Positions 1-7,626 of a stretch of DNA of 32,000 nucleotides are shown one piece after another. How positions within the stretch are numbered: the first letter of the stretch is position 1; every line of letters begins with the position of its first letter. Source of the stretch: Alphaproteobacteria bacterium (GTDB lineage Bacteria; Pseudomonadota; Alphaproteobacteria; Rs-D84); the NCBI GenBank assembly GCA_009784235.1, contig WRCC01000002.1, positions 16,373 to 48,372 on the forward strand, in the 5' to 3' direction. The notes beneath the pieces were generated by a model that saw only the letters and a list, made by a program, of their open reading frames with translations, did no database searches and was not told the origin of the DNA. Made by a program: the position numbers and the translations under genes.

Positions 1-653
1 TCACGTGACGCCGCAATTCGTGCGCCACACGCATTAATTGTTTTTCCGGCGACTGCAGAATAATGACATGAATGAATTGCACGAACCAATCGCGGATTTA
101 CAATCGATTTGCATTCATCGGAAATGGCGCCGCGCCGCGTGAAATTAGAAAGCAATCCATCAACCGGTTTTGTCTTATGACCATTTGTTCCAAATATTGC
201 ACAGCCAAGCGTAACCTGGGCCACATTGCCCGACTGCTTTTTCAAAAATTCGCGCGGGCTTGGCATCAAGAATTCATCGATATCAAAAAATGCCAACCAT
301 TTTGTATCATTTTTATGCATGGCAACCGCATCGCGATATGCTTGTAACTGCATACGCGAACCAGGCCACAGTTTATATTCAACACGACCAGATTTTATGT
401 ACGGCGCCAAAACCACCTTAATATCATCCGTCGATTCATTATCGTACAGATAAAATTTATCAATGCCAATCGCGATATGATAATCCAACCATTCTTTGAT
501 ATACGGCGCTTCGTTTTTCATTATCGCAACGACGGATAAAAAATTCGGATATTCGCGCGCTGCGTCGCGACGGCGAATCAACGCCGCCCGCACCGGCCCC
601 AGCATCAGATTATCGCGAATTGAATTAAATAAAATTTTTAGTTTTGTGCCCAT
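1..653 (-). CDS. Glycosyltransferase, GT92/DUF23-like (3' end cut by window edge)
   Basis: Absent from the ORF track because it runs off the window. My translation of the minus strand from ATG 653 stays open to position 1 (an alternative ATG at 671 lies inside the upstream repeat). Sequence: MGTKLKILFNSIRDN...FLSVVAIMKNEAPYIKEWLDYHIAIGIDKFYLYDNESTDD...WLAFFDIDEFLMPS... This matches the N-terminal pattern of bacterial GT92/GT2-like enzymes (KNE.PY..EW..YH..G...F.YDN.S.D and D.DEF). Confidence 0.6.
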   Translation of the reverse strand, partial: MGTKLKILFNSIRDNLMLGPVRAALIRRRDAAREYPNFLSVVAIMKNEAPYIKEWLDYHIAIGIDKFYLYDNESTDDIKVVLAPYIKSGRVEYKLWPGSRMQLQAYRDAVAMHKNDTKWLAFFDIDEFLMPSPREFLKKQSGNVAQVTLGCAIFGTNGHKTKPVDGLLSNFTRRGAISDECKSIVNPRLVRAIHSCHYSAVAGKTINACGARIAASR

Positions 654-666
654 AATGAATACAGTT

Positions 667-752
667 GTCATCGCGAGCGTACGCGAAGCAATCCAGTCAA
701 TAAACTATCAATTTGACTGGATTGCTTCGGAACTTACGTTCCTCGCAATGAT
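667..752. repeat. Palindromic repeat, family B (GTCATYGCGA...AAGCAATCCAGT arms), copy B1
   Basis: Left arm 667-698 is gtcatcgcgagcgtacgcgaagcaatccagtc. Right arm 715-752 is gactggattgcttcggaacttacgttcctcgcaatgat. The inner 15 bp and outer ~10 bp are complementary, with a 16-nt loop. It fills the gap between the recA stop (760) and the glycosyltransferase start (653). A second copy lies at 27983-28104. Confidence 0.75.
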
Positions 753-759
753 AACCCCT

Positions 760-1827
760 TTATTCAGCTTCACCGTCGTCTTCCACTGATGGACCTGTGG
801 TCATTTCTTCGGCGATACCAGATGATTTTGACATGATTTTATCCAGCAATTCTGATTCAGCAACCGGATTGTCTTTCAGCCATTGGCGCGCGTTTGCTTC
901 GCCTTGGCCAATCCTTTCCGAATTATAAGAATAGAACGAACCGGCTTTGTCGATAAATCCGAATTTCACGCCCATGTCCAGAATTTCCGATGTGCGCGAT
1001 ATTCCTTCGCCGTACATGATTTTGAAATCAACAGTGCGGAATGGCGGCGCAACTTTGTTTTTAACGACTTTGACACGCGTTTCGTTTCCAACAATATTTT
1101 CTTTATCTTTAATCGCACCGGTGCGTCGGATATCAAGGCGGACGGACGCATAGAACTTCAACGCATTACCACCAGATGTTGTTTCCGGATTACCGAACAT
1201 CACACCGATTTTCATACGGATTTGATTGATGAATATCAGCAATGTATTCGAACGCGAAACAGAACCGGCCAATTTTTTTAATGATTGTGACATCAAGCGC
1301 GCAGTGGTTCCGACGTGCGTATCGCCCATATTGCCTTCCAGTTCATTCTTTGTCACCAACGCCGCGACCGAATCAACAACGACAACATCAACCGCGCCAG
1401 ATTTGACCAATGTATCAACGATTTCAAGTGCTTGTTCGCCGGATTCTGGTTGGGAAATAATCAGGTCTTTGACATTAACGCCCAATTTCGCCGCATAATG
1501 CGGGTCCAGCGCATTTTCAACGTCCATAAATGCGCAAGTGCCGCCTTTTTTCTGCGCTTCGGCAATTGCATGCAGCGCCAATGTCGTTTTACCGGACGAT
1601 TCTGGTCCGTAAATTTCAATGATGCGACCCTTTGGATATCCGCCGATGCCAAGGGCAATATCCAGCCCCAGCGACCCGGATGACACCGCATCAATATTCT
1701 GCTGCGCGCCATCGCCCATGGTCATAATTGCATCTTTGCCAAATTCTTTTCTGATTTGCGCCAAAGCCGATTCCAGCGCCGCGTTCGTCTTTGGTGCTGT
1801 GGCCATTTTTTCTTCTTTTTTTGCCAT
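760..1827 (-). CDS. recA: Recombinase RecA
   Basis: 355 aa. Walker [10 protein letters not shown], plus the canonical blocks [35 protein letters not shown] and [39 protein letters not shown] aaaaggag lies 8 nt before the ATG. Confidence 0.98.
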   Translation of the reverse strand: MAKKEEKMATAPKTNAALESALAQIRKEFGKDAIMTMGDGAQQNIDAVSSGSLGLDIALGIGGYPKGRIIEIYGPESSGKTTLALHAIAEAQKKGGTCAFMDVENALDPHYAAKLGVNVKDLIISQPESGEQALEIVDTLVKSGAVDVVVVDSVAALVTKNELEGNMGDTHVGTTARLMSQSLKKLAGSVSRSNTLLIFINQIRMKIGVMFGNPETTSGGNALKFYASVRLDIRRTGAIKDKENIVGNETRVKVVKNKVAPPFRTVDFKIMYGEGISRTSEILDMGVKFGFIDKAGSFYSYNSERIGQGEANARQWLKDNPVAESELLDKIMSKSSGIAEEMTTGPSVEDDGEAE

Positions 1828-1854
1828 AAATTTTCTCCTTTTTTAGATGCCCAA

Positions 1855-1883
1855 AGCATAGGAGAAAACGCAGGCTGCGTCAA
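1855..1883 (-). promoter_or_regulatory. Putative sigma70 promoter of recA
   Basis: Minus strand reads TTGACG (1883-1878), a 17-nt spacer, then TATGCT (1860-1855), about 28 nt upstream of the recA ATG. I did not see an alpha-type LexA box (GTTC-N7-GTTC). Confidence 0.4.
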
Positions 1884-1892
1884 GGGAACTTA

Positions 1893-3071
1893 TTATTTTT
1901 TCATAACCAGAAATGCCGTTGCAATCGCCGCCAACCCGGCGACAATCCACACAACCGACGTGGCGCCGAATGCAAAAATTACGACCGCCGCAACCAATGG
2001 TATGATAATGCGCGAAACGGATGATGCCGTACGGAATATACCCCAATATCTTTGGCGTTCGTCCTTTTTTGCGGTATCGAAAAATGCCAAATCACGCAAT
2101 GGCTCGATAAACGCGCCTGAAATCTGCCACAATACGAATATAGCCAATAATGTCCATCCGGTCGCAAAAGACGCCCAGAACGACAATGCAGCGAACGATA
2201 GAAATCCAGCAGCCAACCATGTTCGCTTGCCATATTTTTTGGCAAGCATACCCATAGGCTGGGACAACACAATATACGGAATTATGCCGAGTGTTAAAAT
2301 TATACCAAGTGTTTCTTTGGAAAATCCGTTTTCAATCACCATAATCGGAACGTAAATAGAACGCAGTGCCACCAAAGCATAGCTGCCGAACAATATGCCA
2401 TACGCACGAACGAACGAACGCCGGGCAAAGAATTTTTTTACATTACGCCATATTGATTTTGCGGTTTGCCGTGCGCGAAGCGCCGCGGCTTTCTTGTCTT
2501 CTTGTATGATTTTCATATTGGAAAATACAAATAATCCGACCAAGTATAAAGCAGCCGATATAAAGAACGGCGCGCGTATGCCATATATATCTGCAACGGA
2601 CAATGCCAAAATCGGCGCACATAACGCACCGATATTTATCCAGAACCAGTATCGTGCATTCAGCTTTTCCATGCCTGTACCGCCTGAAAAATCCGCCATA
2701 AACAACGGCAACAACAATCCAATCATAATCTGAAAAATACCACCGGTTAAATCAAGCGCGATAAATGTTGCCGGCGCAACGGAAAACGCCATCATCGCAT
2801 ATATTATGCCGGCACACAGCATGCTGGCGTAAAACAATTTTGCTTTGGATATACGCTTGAAAATTTCAGATGCAAACAGGCCGACCGCCATAGCAAACAC
2901 ATAATATGCCGAAATATACATACCAACGACTGCGGAATTTTGAAATATGTCGAGCAGTACCAGCGAATAAACCGCAGTTATTATACTGCCCGCAAATCCA
3001 GAAAAAAGACCCAGGTTCGCAAATGAAAACCCAGTGGTATTTTTTTTAATGGAAAGATATTTGTCTGGCAT
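1893..3071 (-). CDS. MFS transporter (12 predicted TM segments)
   Basis: The track ORF is 1893-3194. Starting at ATG 3071 (MPDKYLSIKKNTTGFSF...) gives a 6+6 hydrophobic-segment layout with a basic central loop (KIIQEDKKAAALRARQTAKSIWRNVKKFFARR). The upstream in-frame extension would add a 13th hydrophobic segment, so I reject it. Confidence 0.8.
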   Translation of the reverse strand: MPDKYLSIKKNTTGFSFANLGLFSGFAGSIITAVYSLVLLDIFQNSAVVGMYISAYYVFAMAVGLFASEIFKRISKAKLFYASMLCAGIIYAMMAFSVAPATFIALDLTGGIFQIMIGLLLPLFMADFSGGTGMEKLNARYWFWINIGALCAPILALSVADIYGIRAPFFISAALYLVGLFVFSNMKIIQEDKKAAALRARQTAKSIWRNVKKFFARRSFVRAYGILFGSYALVALRSIYVPIMVIENGFSKETLGIILTLGIIPYIVLSQPMGMLAKKYGKRTWLAAGFLSFAALSFWASFATGWTLLAIFVLWQISGAFIEPLRDLAFFDTAKKDERQRYWGIFRTASSVSRIIIPLVAAVVIFAFGATSVVWIVAGLAAIATAFLVMKK

Positions 3072-3161
3072 AGCGCGGACTCTCGCCACAATAATATCAT
3101 AAAAATTGACTTTCACAAAATAAGCTGTTATAAAAACAAGGTTGCCAAAAAAAGCAATAGT

Positions 3162-3340
3162 CATTATGGTCGGGCCAACAACCTGATAACACACAAAAGC
3201 CAGTCTTGCTTGTTTGCGGCGGGACTGGCTTGACCAATACGACTCTCTCTAAATGGTCGGGATAACCGGGCTATATAACAGTGCGCTGCATGAAAGCCTG
3301 GTGGTCAAGTGTGTTTGACTTTGTTGGATCCCGACCACCC
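3162..3340 (-). promoter_or_regulatory. Candidate structured leader/small RNA upstream of the MFS gene (strand uncertain)
   Basis: A long-range stem pairs 3253-3263 (atggtcgggat) with 3328-3338 (atcccgaccac). It encloses hairpins gtcaa/ttgac (3304-3319) and accgggc/gcctggt (3265-3302). On the minus strand it is followed by hairpin GCCAGTC-N17-GACTGGC (3229-3199) and then UUUUGUGUGUU. A third copy of ATGGTCGGG sits at 3166-3174. I recognised no known riboswitch or SRP consensus. Confidence 0.25.
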
Positions 3341-3386
3341 TTATTTTACATGTTTTATTAGTATATTTTTACGAGAAGCATTTCCT

Positions 3387-3421
3387 ATTTATGATTTCGA
3401 ATTTATGTTTTATGATTCCGG
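3387..3421. repeat. Heptamer-array module, ATTTATG family, copy C4
   Basis: atttatg atttcga atttatg ttttatg attccgg. It matches the mnmE copy at 5513-5544 at 28/32 positions. It ends 2 nt before the SD (aaggag, 3424-3429) of the CDGSH gene. Confidence 0.7.
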
Positions 3422-3435
3422 CAAAGGAGTCTTTA

Positions 3436-4137
3436 ATGTCCGAACAAAAATTACCATATATAAAAATCACAGAAAATGGGCCATATTTACTGTACGGCGC
3501 GACGAAAATTTCTGAAAAAATCATACTGACCGATGAAAATGGTATATCAGTAAAATACGGCGATGGAAAAACATTTGAAATAAAATCCGACCCGGTATGC
3601 CTGTGCCGATGCGGACATTCGAAAAATGCACCCTTTTGTGACGGCAGTCACGCAGACGCAATGTTTATCGGAACGGAAACGGCCGTCTTCACGCCAATAA
3701 TGAAACAACCGTCCGCCGAAGCAATTCGTGGCCCAACGCAAACATTATTGGACAACCAACAATATTGCGCTTTCGCACGCTTCTGTGACCGTGGCGGGCG
3801 AGTATGGAATTTGGTAATGGAAGGCGGCAAAGCAGCAGATAAATTATCCGCCGAAGAAGCCAACCTATGTCCCGCCGGGCGATTGATGATGTTTACAAAC
3901 GATGGTAAATTACTGGAAGAAAACACAGAACCACAAGTTCACACAATCGAAGATGGCGGATTGCATATCAGTGGACCATTATGGATTCGTGGCGGTATCC
4001 GCGTCGAATCCGCAGACGGCCGTTCGTACGAAGTTCGCCAGAAACAAACGTTGTGCCGATGCGGCGCATCCGCGAACAAACCGTTCTGCAACGGCGCACA
4101 CGCATCAATGCGATTCAAGGCAAAAACAGCGAAATAA
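3436..4137 (+). CDS. CDGSH-type iron-sulfur domain protein (two CDGSH motifs)
   Basis: Start chosen at ATG 3436, 6 nt after SD aaggag. The track start at 3391 lies inside repeat C4. Motifs: CRCGHSKNAPFCDGSH and CRCGASANKPFCNGAH. Confidence 0.9.
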   Translation: MSEQKLPYIKITENGPYLLYGATKISEKIILTDENGISVKYGDGKTFEIKSDPVCLCRCGHSKNAPFCDGSHADAMFIGTETAVFTPIMKQPSAEAIRGPTQTLLDNQQYCAFARFCDRGGRVWNLVMEGGKAADKLSAEEANLCPAGRLMMFTNDGKLLEENTEPQVHTIEDGGLHISGPLWIRGGIRVESADGRSYEVRQKQTLCRCGASANKPFCNGAHASMRFKAKTAK

Positions 4138-4291
4138 AAAGACACCATATTGTCCGAAGAATATGAAAAGAAATCAATTATATTGGGTTAGATACTGCGT
4201 ATTGCGAAGTTTTTGACGACAGAGTGTATACAAAATACATGACCGAATCAAAAACGAGCAAACGCAAAGTAGATGACTCGATAGAATTGAT

Positions 4292-5641
4292 TTATTTCCC
4301 AAGGCACAGTTGGCCAAATGTTGCATCCATAATTTCATCCGCGCCGATAACGCCCAGAATCCGCCCGATGGCATCCGCCGCGCGATTTACATGTTCGGCG
4401 AAAATATCTGGATTTAGGATTTCTGATTTATGATTTATGATTTTTAATTCATTCGCCGCTTCTTCCAACAATTCTTTCGCGCGCGCATTAACAACCACAT
4501 CCGATTCCGCACCGTCCAGCATTTCATGAACGCGTTGTTTTATCGCGTACAACAATTCCGGAATCCCTTCACTCGTCAGCGCGGAAACGCGTAGGGGCGC
4601 GTATTCGCGCCCTGGGGCGCAAGTATGCGCCCCTACATTCAAATCGCATTTATTATAAACGATGATTTCTCTATCCGCACCTGGGTAAACCACCCCGTCC
4701 GCGCCTCGCGGCGCGTCCACCCCTCCAAAGGAGGGAAATACACGCAAAACCAAATCTGCATTTTCGATTTCGGCGTTTGTTTTTTCGATTCCTATTTTTT
4801 CAATTTCATCCGTTGCATCACGCAATCCAGCCGTATCAGACAATCGCACCAAATATCCATCGATATCTATTTCAGCGGACACAACATCGCGCGTTGTACC
4901 CGGAATATCGGAAACTATCGCACGGGATTCGCCGACAAGACGATTAAACAATGATGATTTGCCCGCGTTAACCGGTCCGACCAATGCGATGTTAAATCCG
5001 CTGCGCACGGCGCGTGCGGCCGCGCTGCGCGCCAATACATTCGATATTTCATCATGCAATTTTTGCGTCCGCGCCACCAAAGTCTCACCGATATTCGCAG
5101 GGAGCTCATCGCTTGGATAATCCAGCATCGCCGCAGAATACGCCGCGATTTCAATCATCTGTAACCGCCAATTTTCATACACCACTGAATCCGCGCCGGC
5201 AGCAGAGCGCAATGCTGCACGCCTTTGCGCATCCGTACGCGAATCCAGTAAAGCGCACAGGCCATCAACTTCGACCAAATCCATTTTACCGTTATCAAAT
5301 GCACGCCGCGTAAATTCGCCGGGTTCGGCCATACGCGCGCCATGGCTGCGTAAGCAATCAAATAATTTTTGAATAACCGCATTCGAACCATGAACATGAA
5401 ATTCGACAACGTCTTCACCAGTAAAAGAATTCGGCGCGGCAAAATAAATCGCAATGGCGCGGTCAATTATATTGCTGTCGGCATCAATTAAGTCGGCAAG
5501 GTACGCGTGGCGATTTATGATTTCTGATTTATGATTTATGATTTGTTTGAATAATTTTTGCAAATACGTGCCAGATACGCGCACCACCGCAACGCCTGCA
5601 CGTCCATGTCCCGACGATAATGCAAAAATTGTATCGGTCAT
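4292..5641 (-). CDS. mnmE: tRNA modification GTPase MnmE (TrmE)
   Basis: Start at ATG 5641 (MTDTIFALSSGHGRAGVAVVRVSG). G1 GPVNAGKSSLFN, G2 GTTRD, G3 DTAG, G4 NKCD, G5 SAL, and the C-terminal CLGK motif. Carries three in-frame repeat insertions, listed as separate repeat features. Confidence 0.95.
   Translation of the reverse strand: MTDTIFALSSGHGRAGVAVVRVSGTYLQKLFKQIINHKSEIINRHAYLADLIDADSNIIDRAIAIYFAAPNSFTGEDVVEFHVHGSNAVIQKLFDCLRSHGARMAEPGEFTRRAFDNGKMDLVEVDGLCALLDSRTDAQRRAALRSAAGADSVVYENWRLQMIEIAAYSAAMLDYPSDELPANIGETLVARTQKLHDEISNVLARSAAARAVRSGFNIALVGPVNAGKSSLFNRLVGESRAIVSDIPGTTRDVVSAEIDIDGYLVRLSDTAGLRDATDEIEKIGIEKTNAEIENADLVLRVFPSFGGVDAPRGADGVVYPGADREIIVYNKCDLNVGAHTCAPGREYAPLRVSALTSEGIPELLYAIKQRVHEMLDGAESDVVVNARAKELLEEAANELKIINHKSEILNPDIFAEHVNRAADAIGRILGVIGADEIMDATFGQLCLGK
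4412..4446. repeat. Heptamer-array module, ATTTATG family, copy C1 (inside mnmE)
   Basis: atttagg atttctg atttatg atttatg attttta. The stretch 4411-4443 matches 5512-5544 at 32/33 positions. On the minus strand it encodes KIINHKSEILN. Confidence 0.9.
4591..4638. repeat. 48-nt GC-rich double-hairpin element, family A, copy A1 (inside mnmE)
   Basis: gtaggggcgcgtattcgcgccctggggcgcaagtatgcgcccctacat is identical to 5984-6031. It contains hairpins gggcgcg-tatt-cgcgccc and ggggcgca-agta-tgcgcccc, and its termini GTAGGGGCGC/GCGCCCCTAC are complementary. It encodes VGAHTCAPGREYAPL between G4 (NKCD) and G5 (SAL). Confidence 0.95.
5513..5547. repeat. Heptamer-array module, ATTTATG family, copy C2 (inside mnmE)
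   Basis: atttatg atttctg atttatg atttatg atttgtt. It encodes QIINHKSEIIN near the MnmE N-terminus. Confidence 0.9.
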
Positions 5642-5643
5642 TT

Positions 5644-5847
5644 TTACCTGTTCATACATTCTATGCATTTTGGCAGATGTTGTTGTAATATGGATTGTTC
5701 CCACAATTGTCTTTTCTGTTTCTGCATATCCTTAGAGACCGCACAATTCTGACAAGCCGTGGACAAATAGTACCCCCGCTTGCAGCCACAGCATTTGCAG
5801 TCATTTTCTACAACACGAATGGAATAAAGACCACATAGTTTTTTCAT
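5644..5847 (-). CDS. Small Cys-rich protein (67 aa), putative zinc-ribbon-like, unknown function
   Basis: MKKLCGLYSIRVVENDCKCCGCKRGYYLSTACQNCAVSKDMQKQKRQLWEQSILQQHLPKCIECMNR. Its ATG (5847-5845) overlaps the ruvA stop as ATGA, and its TAA ends 2 nt before the mnmE ATG. Cys pattern is C-x-CC-x-C ... CxxC ... CxxC. It fills the otherwise uncalled 200-nt gap between ruvA and mnmE. Confidence 0.4.
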   Translation of the reverse strand: MKKLCGLYSIRVVENDCKCCGCKRGYYLSTACQNCAVSKDMQKQKRQLWEQSILQQHLPKCIECMNR

Positions 5848-6413
5848 TTTGCAATCTCCTTTAATGCTAAACGCACCAATGCACCGGTATCGACATCCGG
5901 ATTTTCGCGGACCAATTTTTGCGCCAGTTCGGCGCAGTCCGCCCGGCGATAACCCAATGTTTCCAGCGCGGACAACAGGTCTTGTAGGGGCGCGTATTCG
6001 CGCCCTGGGGCGCAAGTATGCGCCCCTACATCAACCTTACCCTTTAATTCCACGATAATTTTTTCGGCGACCTTTTTGCCAACGCCCGGTGCGGATGAAA
6101 TCGTTTTTGCGTCCCCCGTCATAATTGCAGACATCAAAACATCTGGTTTCAGTGTCGATAAAATCGCCATCGCGACTTTTGGTCCAACGCCGGATACTGT
6201 GGTCAATTGATTAAATAAATCTTGCTGTGCCAGCGATGCAAATCCGAACAAACGAATTGAATCTTCACGGACAATGGTTTCAACCCAAAACGCCACAGTT
6301 TCGCCAATTTTCGAATATTCCGGCGTAAAAACTTTATACCCCACCCCATTAACCATCAGAATAATATATCCATCGCCGATATGGTCGATAATCCCTTGCA
6401 ATTTTCCAATCAT
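5844..6413 (-). CDS. ruvA: Holliday junction branch migration complex subunit RuvA
   Basis: Start at ATG 6413 (MIGKLQGII...GYIILMVNGVGYKV). HhH region LTTVSGVGPKVAMAILS ... ISSAPGVGKKVAEKIIVELK, and a C-terminal domain III (LSALETLGYRRADCAELAQKL). Family A repeat sits in the domain II-III linker. Confidence 0.95.
   Translation of the reverse strand: MIGKLQGIIDHIGDGYIILMVNGVGYKVFTPEYSKIGETVAFWVETIVREDSIRLFGFASLAQQDLFNQLTTVSGVGPKVAMAILSTLKPDVLMSAIMTGDAKTISSAPGVGKKVAEKIIVELKGKVDVGAHTCAPGREYAPLQDLLSALETLGYRRADCAELAQKLVRENPDVDTGALVRLALKEIAK
5984..6031. repeat. 48-nt GC-rich double-hairpin element, family A, copy A2 (inside ruvA)
   Basis: Identical 48 nt to 4591-4638, in the same orientation and the same reading frame (VGAHTCAPGREYAPL). 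Confidence 0.95.
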
Positions 6414-6462
6414 TGTGTATCCTTTTGGCGAATTATAAAGCAATTTATCAAAAAGGCAAGTT

Positions 6463-7179
6463 ATGGCAGGTCACAGTAAATGGCACAATATTATGCATCG
6501 CAAAGGCGCCCAAGACGCCGCGCGGTCAAGCATGTTCACAAAACTGGCGCGCGAAATCACAATGGCAGCCAAACTGGGCGACCCCAGTCCGGACAACAAT
6601 CCACGACTGCGATTGGCCATTCTTAACGCGCGAAAAAATTCCATGCCGAACGATAATATTAAACGCGCGATGGACAAGGCAGCGGACAAAAACACCGAAA
6701 GCTATACATCCGTTCGATACGAAGGATACGGCCCCGGCAACACACCAATTATTGTCGAAGCATTAACGGACAACCCGCGCCGCACCGTTCCGGATGTTCG
6801 CGCGATATTCGCGAAAAACGGCGGCAATATGGGTGAAGAAAACAGCGTATCATTTATGTTCACACGCCAAGGTCAGATTTTTTATTCAATCAAAGCCGCA
6901 TTGTCTGCTGATGATATGATGATGACAATAATGGATGCAGGCGCGGACGATTTGGAAACATCACCGGACGGATACATTGTAATAACAAAACCGGACGATT
7001 TTGCACATGTGCAAAAATCATTATCGGATAAGCTGGGCGAACCGGAACGCGCAGAATTATCATGGGCACCAAATATGCCGATTGATTTGGATGATGAAAC
7101 ATATACAAAACTAGAAAAATTAATCGACGCACTGGACGCGCATGACGATGTTCAAAAAGTATTTACCGCTGCGGCATAA
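6463..7179 (+). CDS. yebC: YebC/PmpR family DNA-binding regulatory protein
   Basis: MAGHSKWHNIMHRKGAQDAARSSMFTKLAREI...NPRLRLAILNARKNSMPNDNIKRAMDKA...YEGYGPG. The family signature runs the full length. Confidence 0.95.
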   Translation: MAGHSKWHNIMHRKGAQDAARSSMFTKLAREITMAAKLGDPSPDNNPRLRLAILNARKNSMPNDNIKRAMDKAADKNTESYTSVRYEGYGPGNTPIIVEALTDNPRRTVPDVRAIFAKNGGNMGEENSVSFMFTRQGQIFYSIKAALSADDMMMTIMDAGADDLETSPDGYIVITKPDDFAHVQKSLSDKLGEPERAELSWAPNMPIDLDDETYTKLEKLIDALDAHDDVQKVFTAAA

Positions 7180-7183
7180 ACAT

Positions 7184-7216
7184 TAAAAAAACCGCGCCGA
7201 ATGGTGCGGTTTTTAT
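7184..7216. terminator. Bidirectional rho-independent terminator
   Basis: aaaaaaACCGCGCCgaatGGTGCGGTttttattttt, lying between convergent yebC and the three-gene operon. Confidence 0.6.
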
Positions 7217-7599
7217 TTTTGCTTTTTGTCTCTTTCTCTCCAAAATTTTTCATAAGCAGTTGGTGTCCTGCTAACATCTGCACTTAACTGTCTGTCATGC
7301 TGCAAGAATCTCTTAACTTCTGATATCAAAGGCTCAGGGTTTAGCAGCGGACATCTTTCCGGGGTGTAACCAATATCGCTCAGTCGTCGCAGAACATTTT
7401 TATATGAAAGCAACAAAAGCTGGTCTTCTTCGGACAGATTGTTCAAATCTTTATGCATAAAATAAAAGCGTCCCTGTGCAAATTCCTGCGCCAGCTCTTC
7501 ATTATCATAATCCTTTACTGTACGTACCGGGACATCATCTTCGACAATAACATCGTCAGTAAAGATATCTTTGGCAAGTGTTGCTTTTACATTATCCAT
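7213..7599 (-). CDS. Hypothetical protein, member 3 of a tandem paralog trio (KDLNNLS..D / EVKRFL motifs)
   Basis: 128 aa. It shares the motif FMHKDLNNLSEED, followed 35 residues later by EVKRFL, with the two upstream ORFs at identical spacing. I recognised no known domain. Confidence 0.75.
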   Translation of the reverse strand: MDNVKATLAKDIFTDDVIVEDDVPVRTVKDYDNEELAQEFAQGRFYFMHKDLNNLSEEDQLLLLSYKNVLRRLSDIGYTPERCPLLNPEPLISEVKRFLQHDRQLSADVSRTPTAYEKFWRERDKKQK

Positions 7600-7626
7600 A
7601 ATTATCTCGTTTGTTTTTATTCACGT

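Noticed and set aside
72-789. Plus-strand ORFs at the window start: 72-347, 226-453 and 496-789.
   Set aside because: They are antisense to the GT92-like gene that I translated on the minus strand. ORF 496-789 also reads through the family B palindrome, which produces the spurious ...DWIASELTFLAMI... peptide.
1756-2355. Long antisense ORFs opposite well-supported genes: 1756-2355, 13295-13768, 14670-15314, 20246-20719, 21936-22457, 29128-29727 and 31298-31942.
   Set aside because: Each lies entirely or largely within a strongly supported gene on the other strand. Their translations are low-complexity or Arg/His/Cys-rich with no recognisable motif. They are typical shadow ORFs.
3195-3340. SRP (4.5S) RNA, 6S RNA or a known riboswitch in the MFS/CDGSH spacer.
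   Set aside because: There is no GGAA tetraloop or conserved SRP domain IV motif on either strand, and the region is too short and unlike 6S. I saw no match to the purine, ykkC, ZTP, SAM-II or fluoride cores. It is kept only as an unclassified structured region.
4138-4291. The convergent CDGSH/mnmE spacer (154 nt), examined for a terminator or small gene.
   Set aside because: It holds only a weak 5-bp hairpin (tgtat-acaaa-ataca). ORFs 4174-4374 and 4224-4433 overlap the 3' end of mnmE and look non-coding.
5848-6015. The upstream two-thirds of the track ORF 5644-6015 (123 aa).
   Set aside because: That part overlaps ruvA in another frame and reads through the family A repeat. Only the distal 67 codons, from the ATG coupled to the ruvA stop, are plausible.
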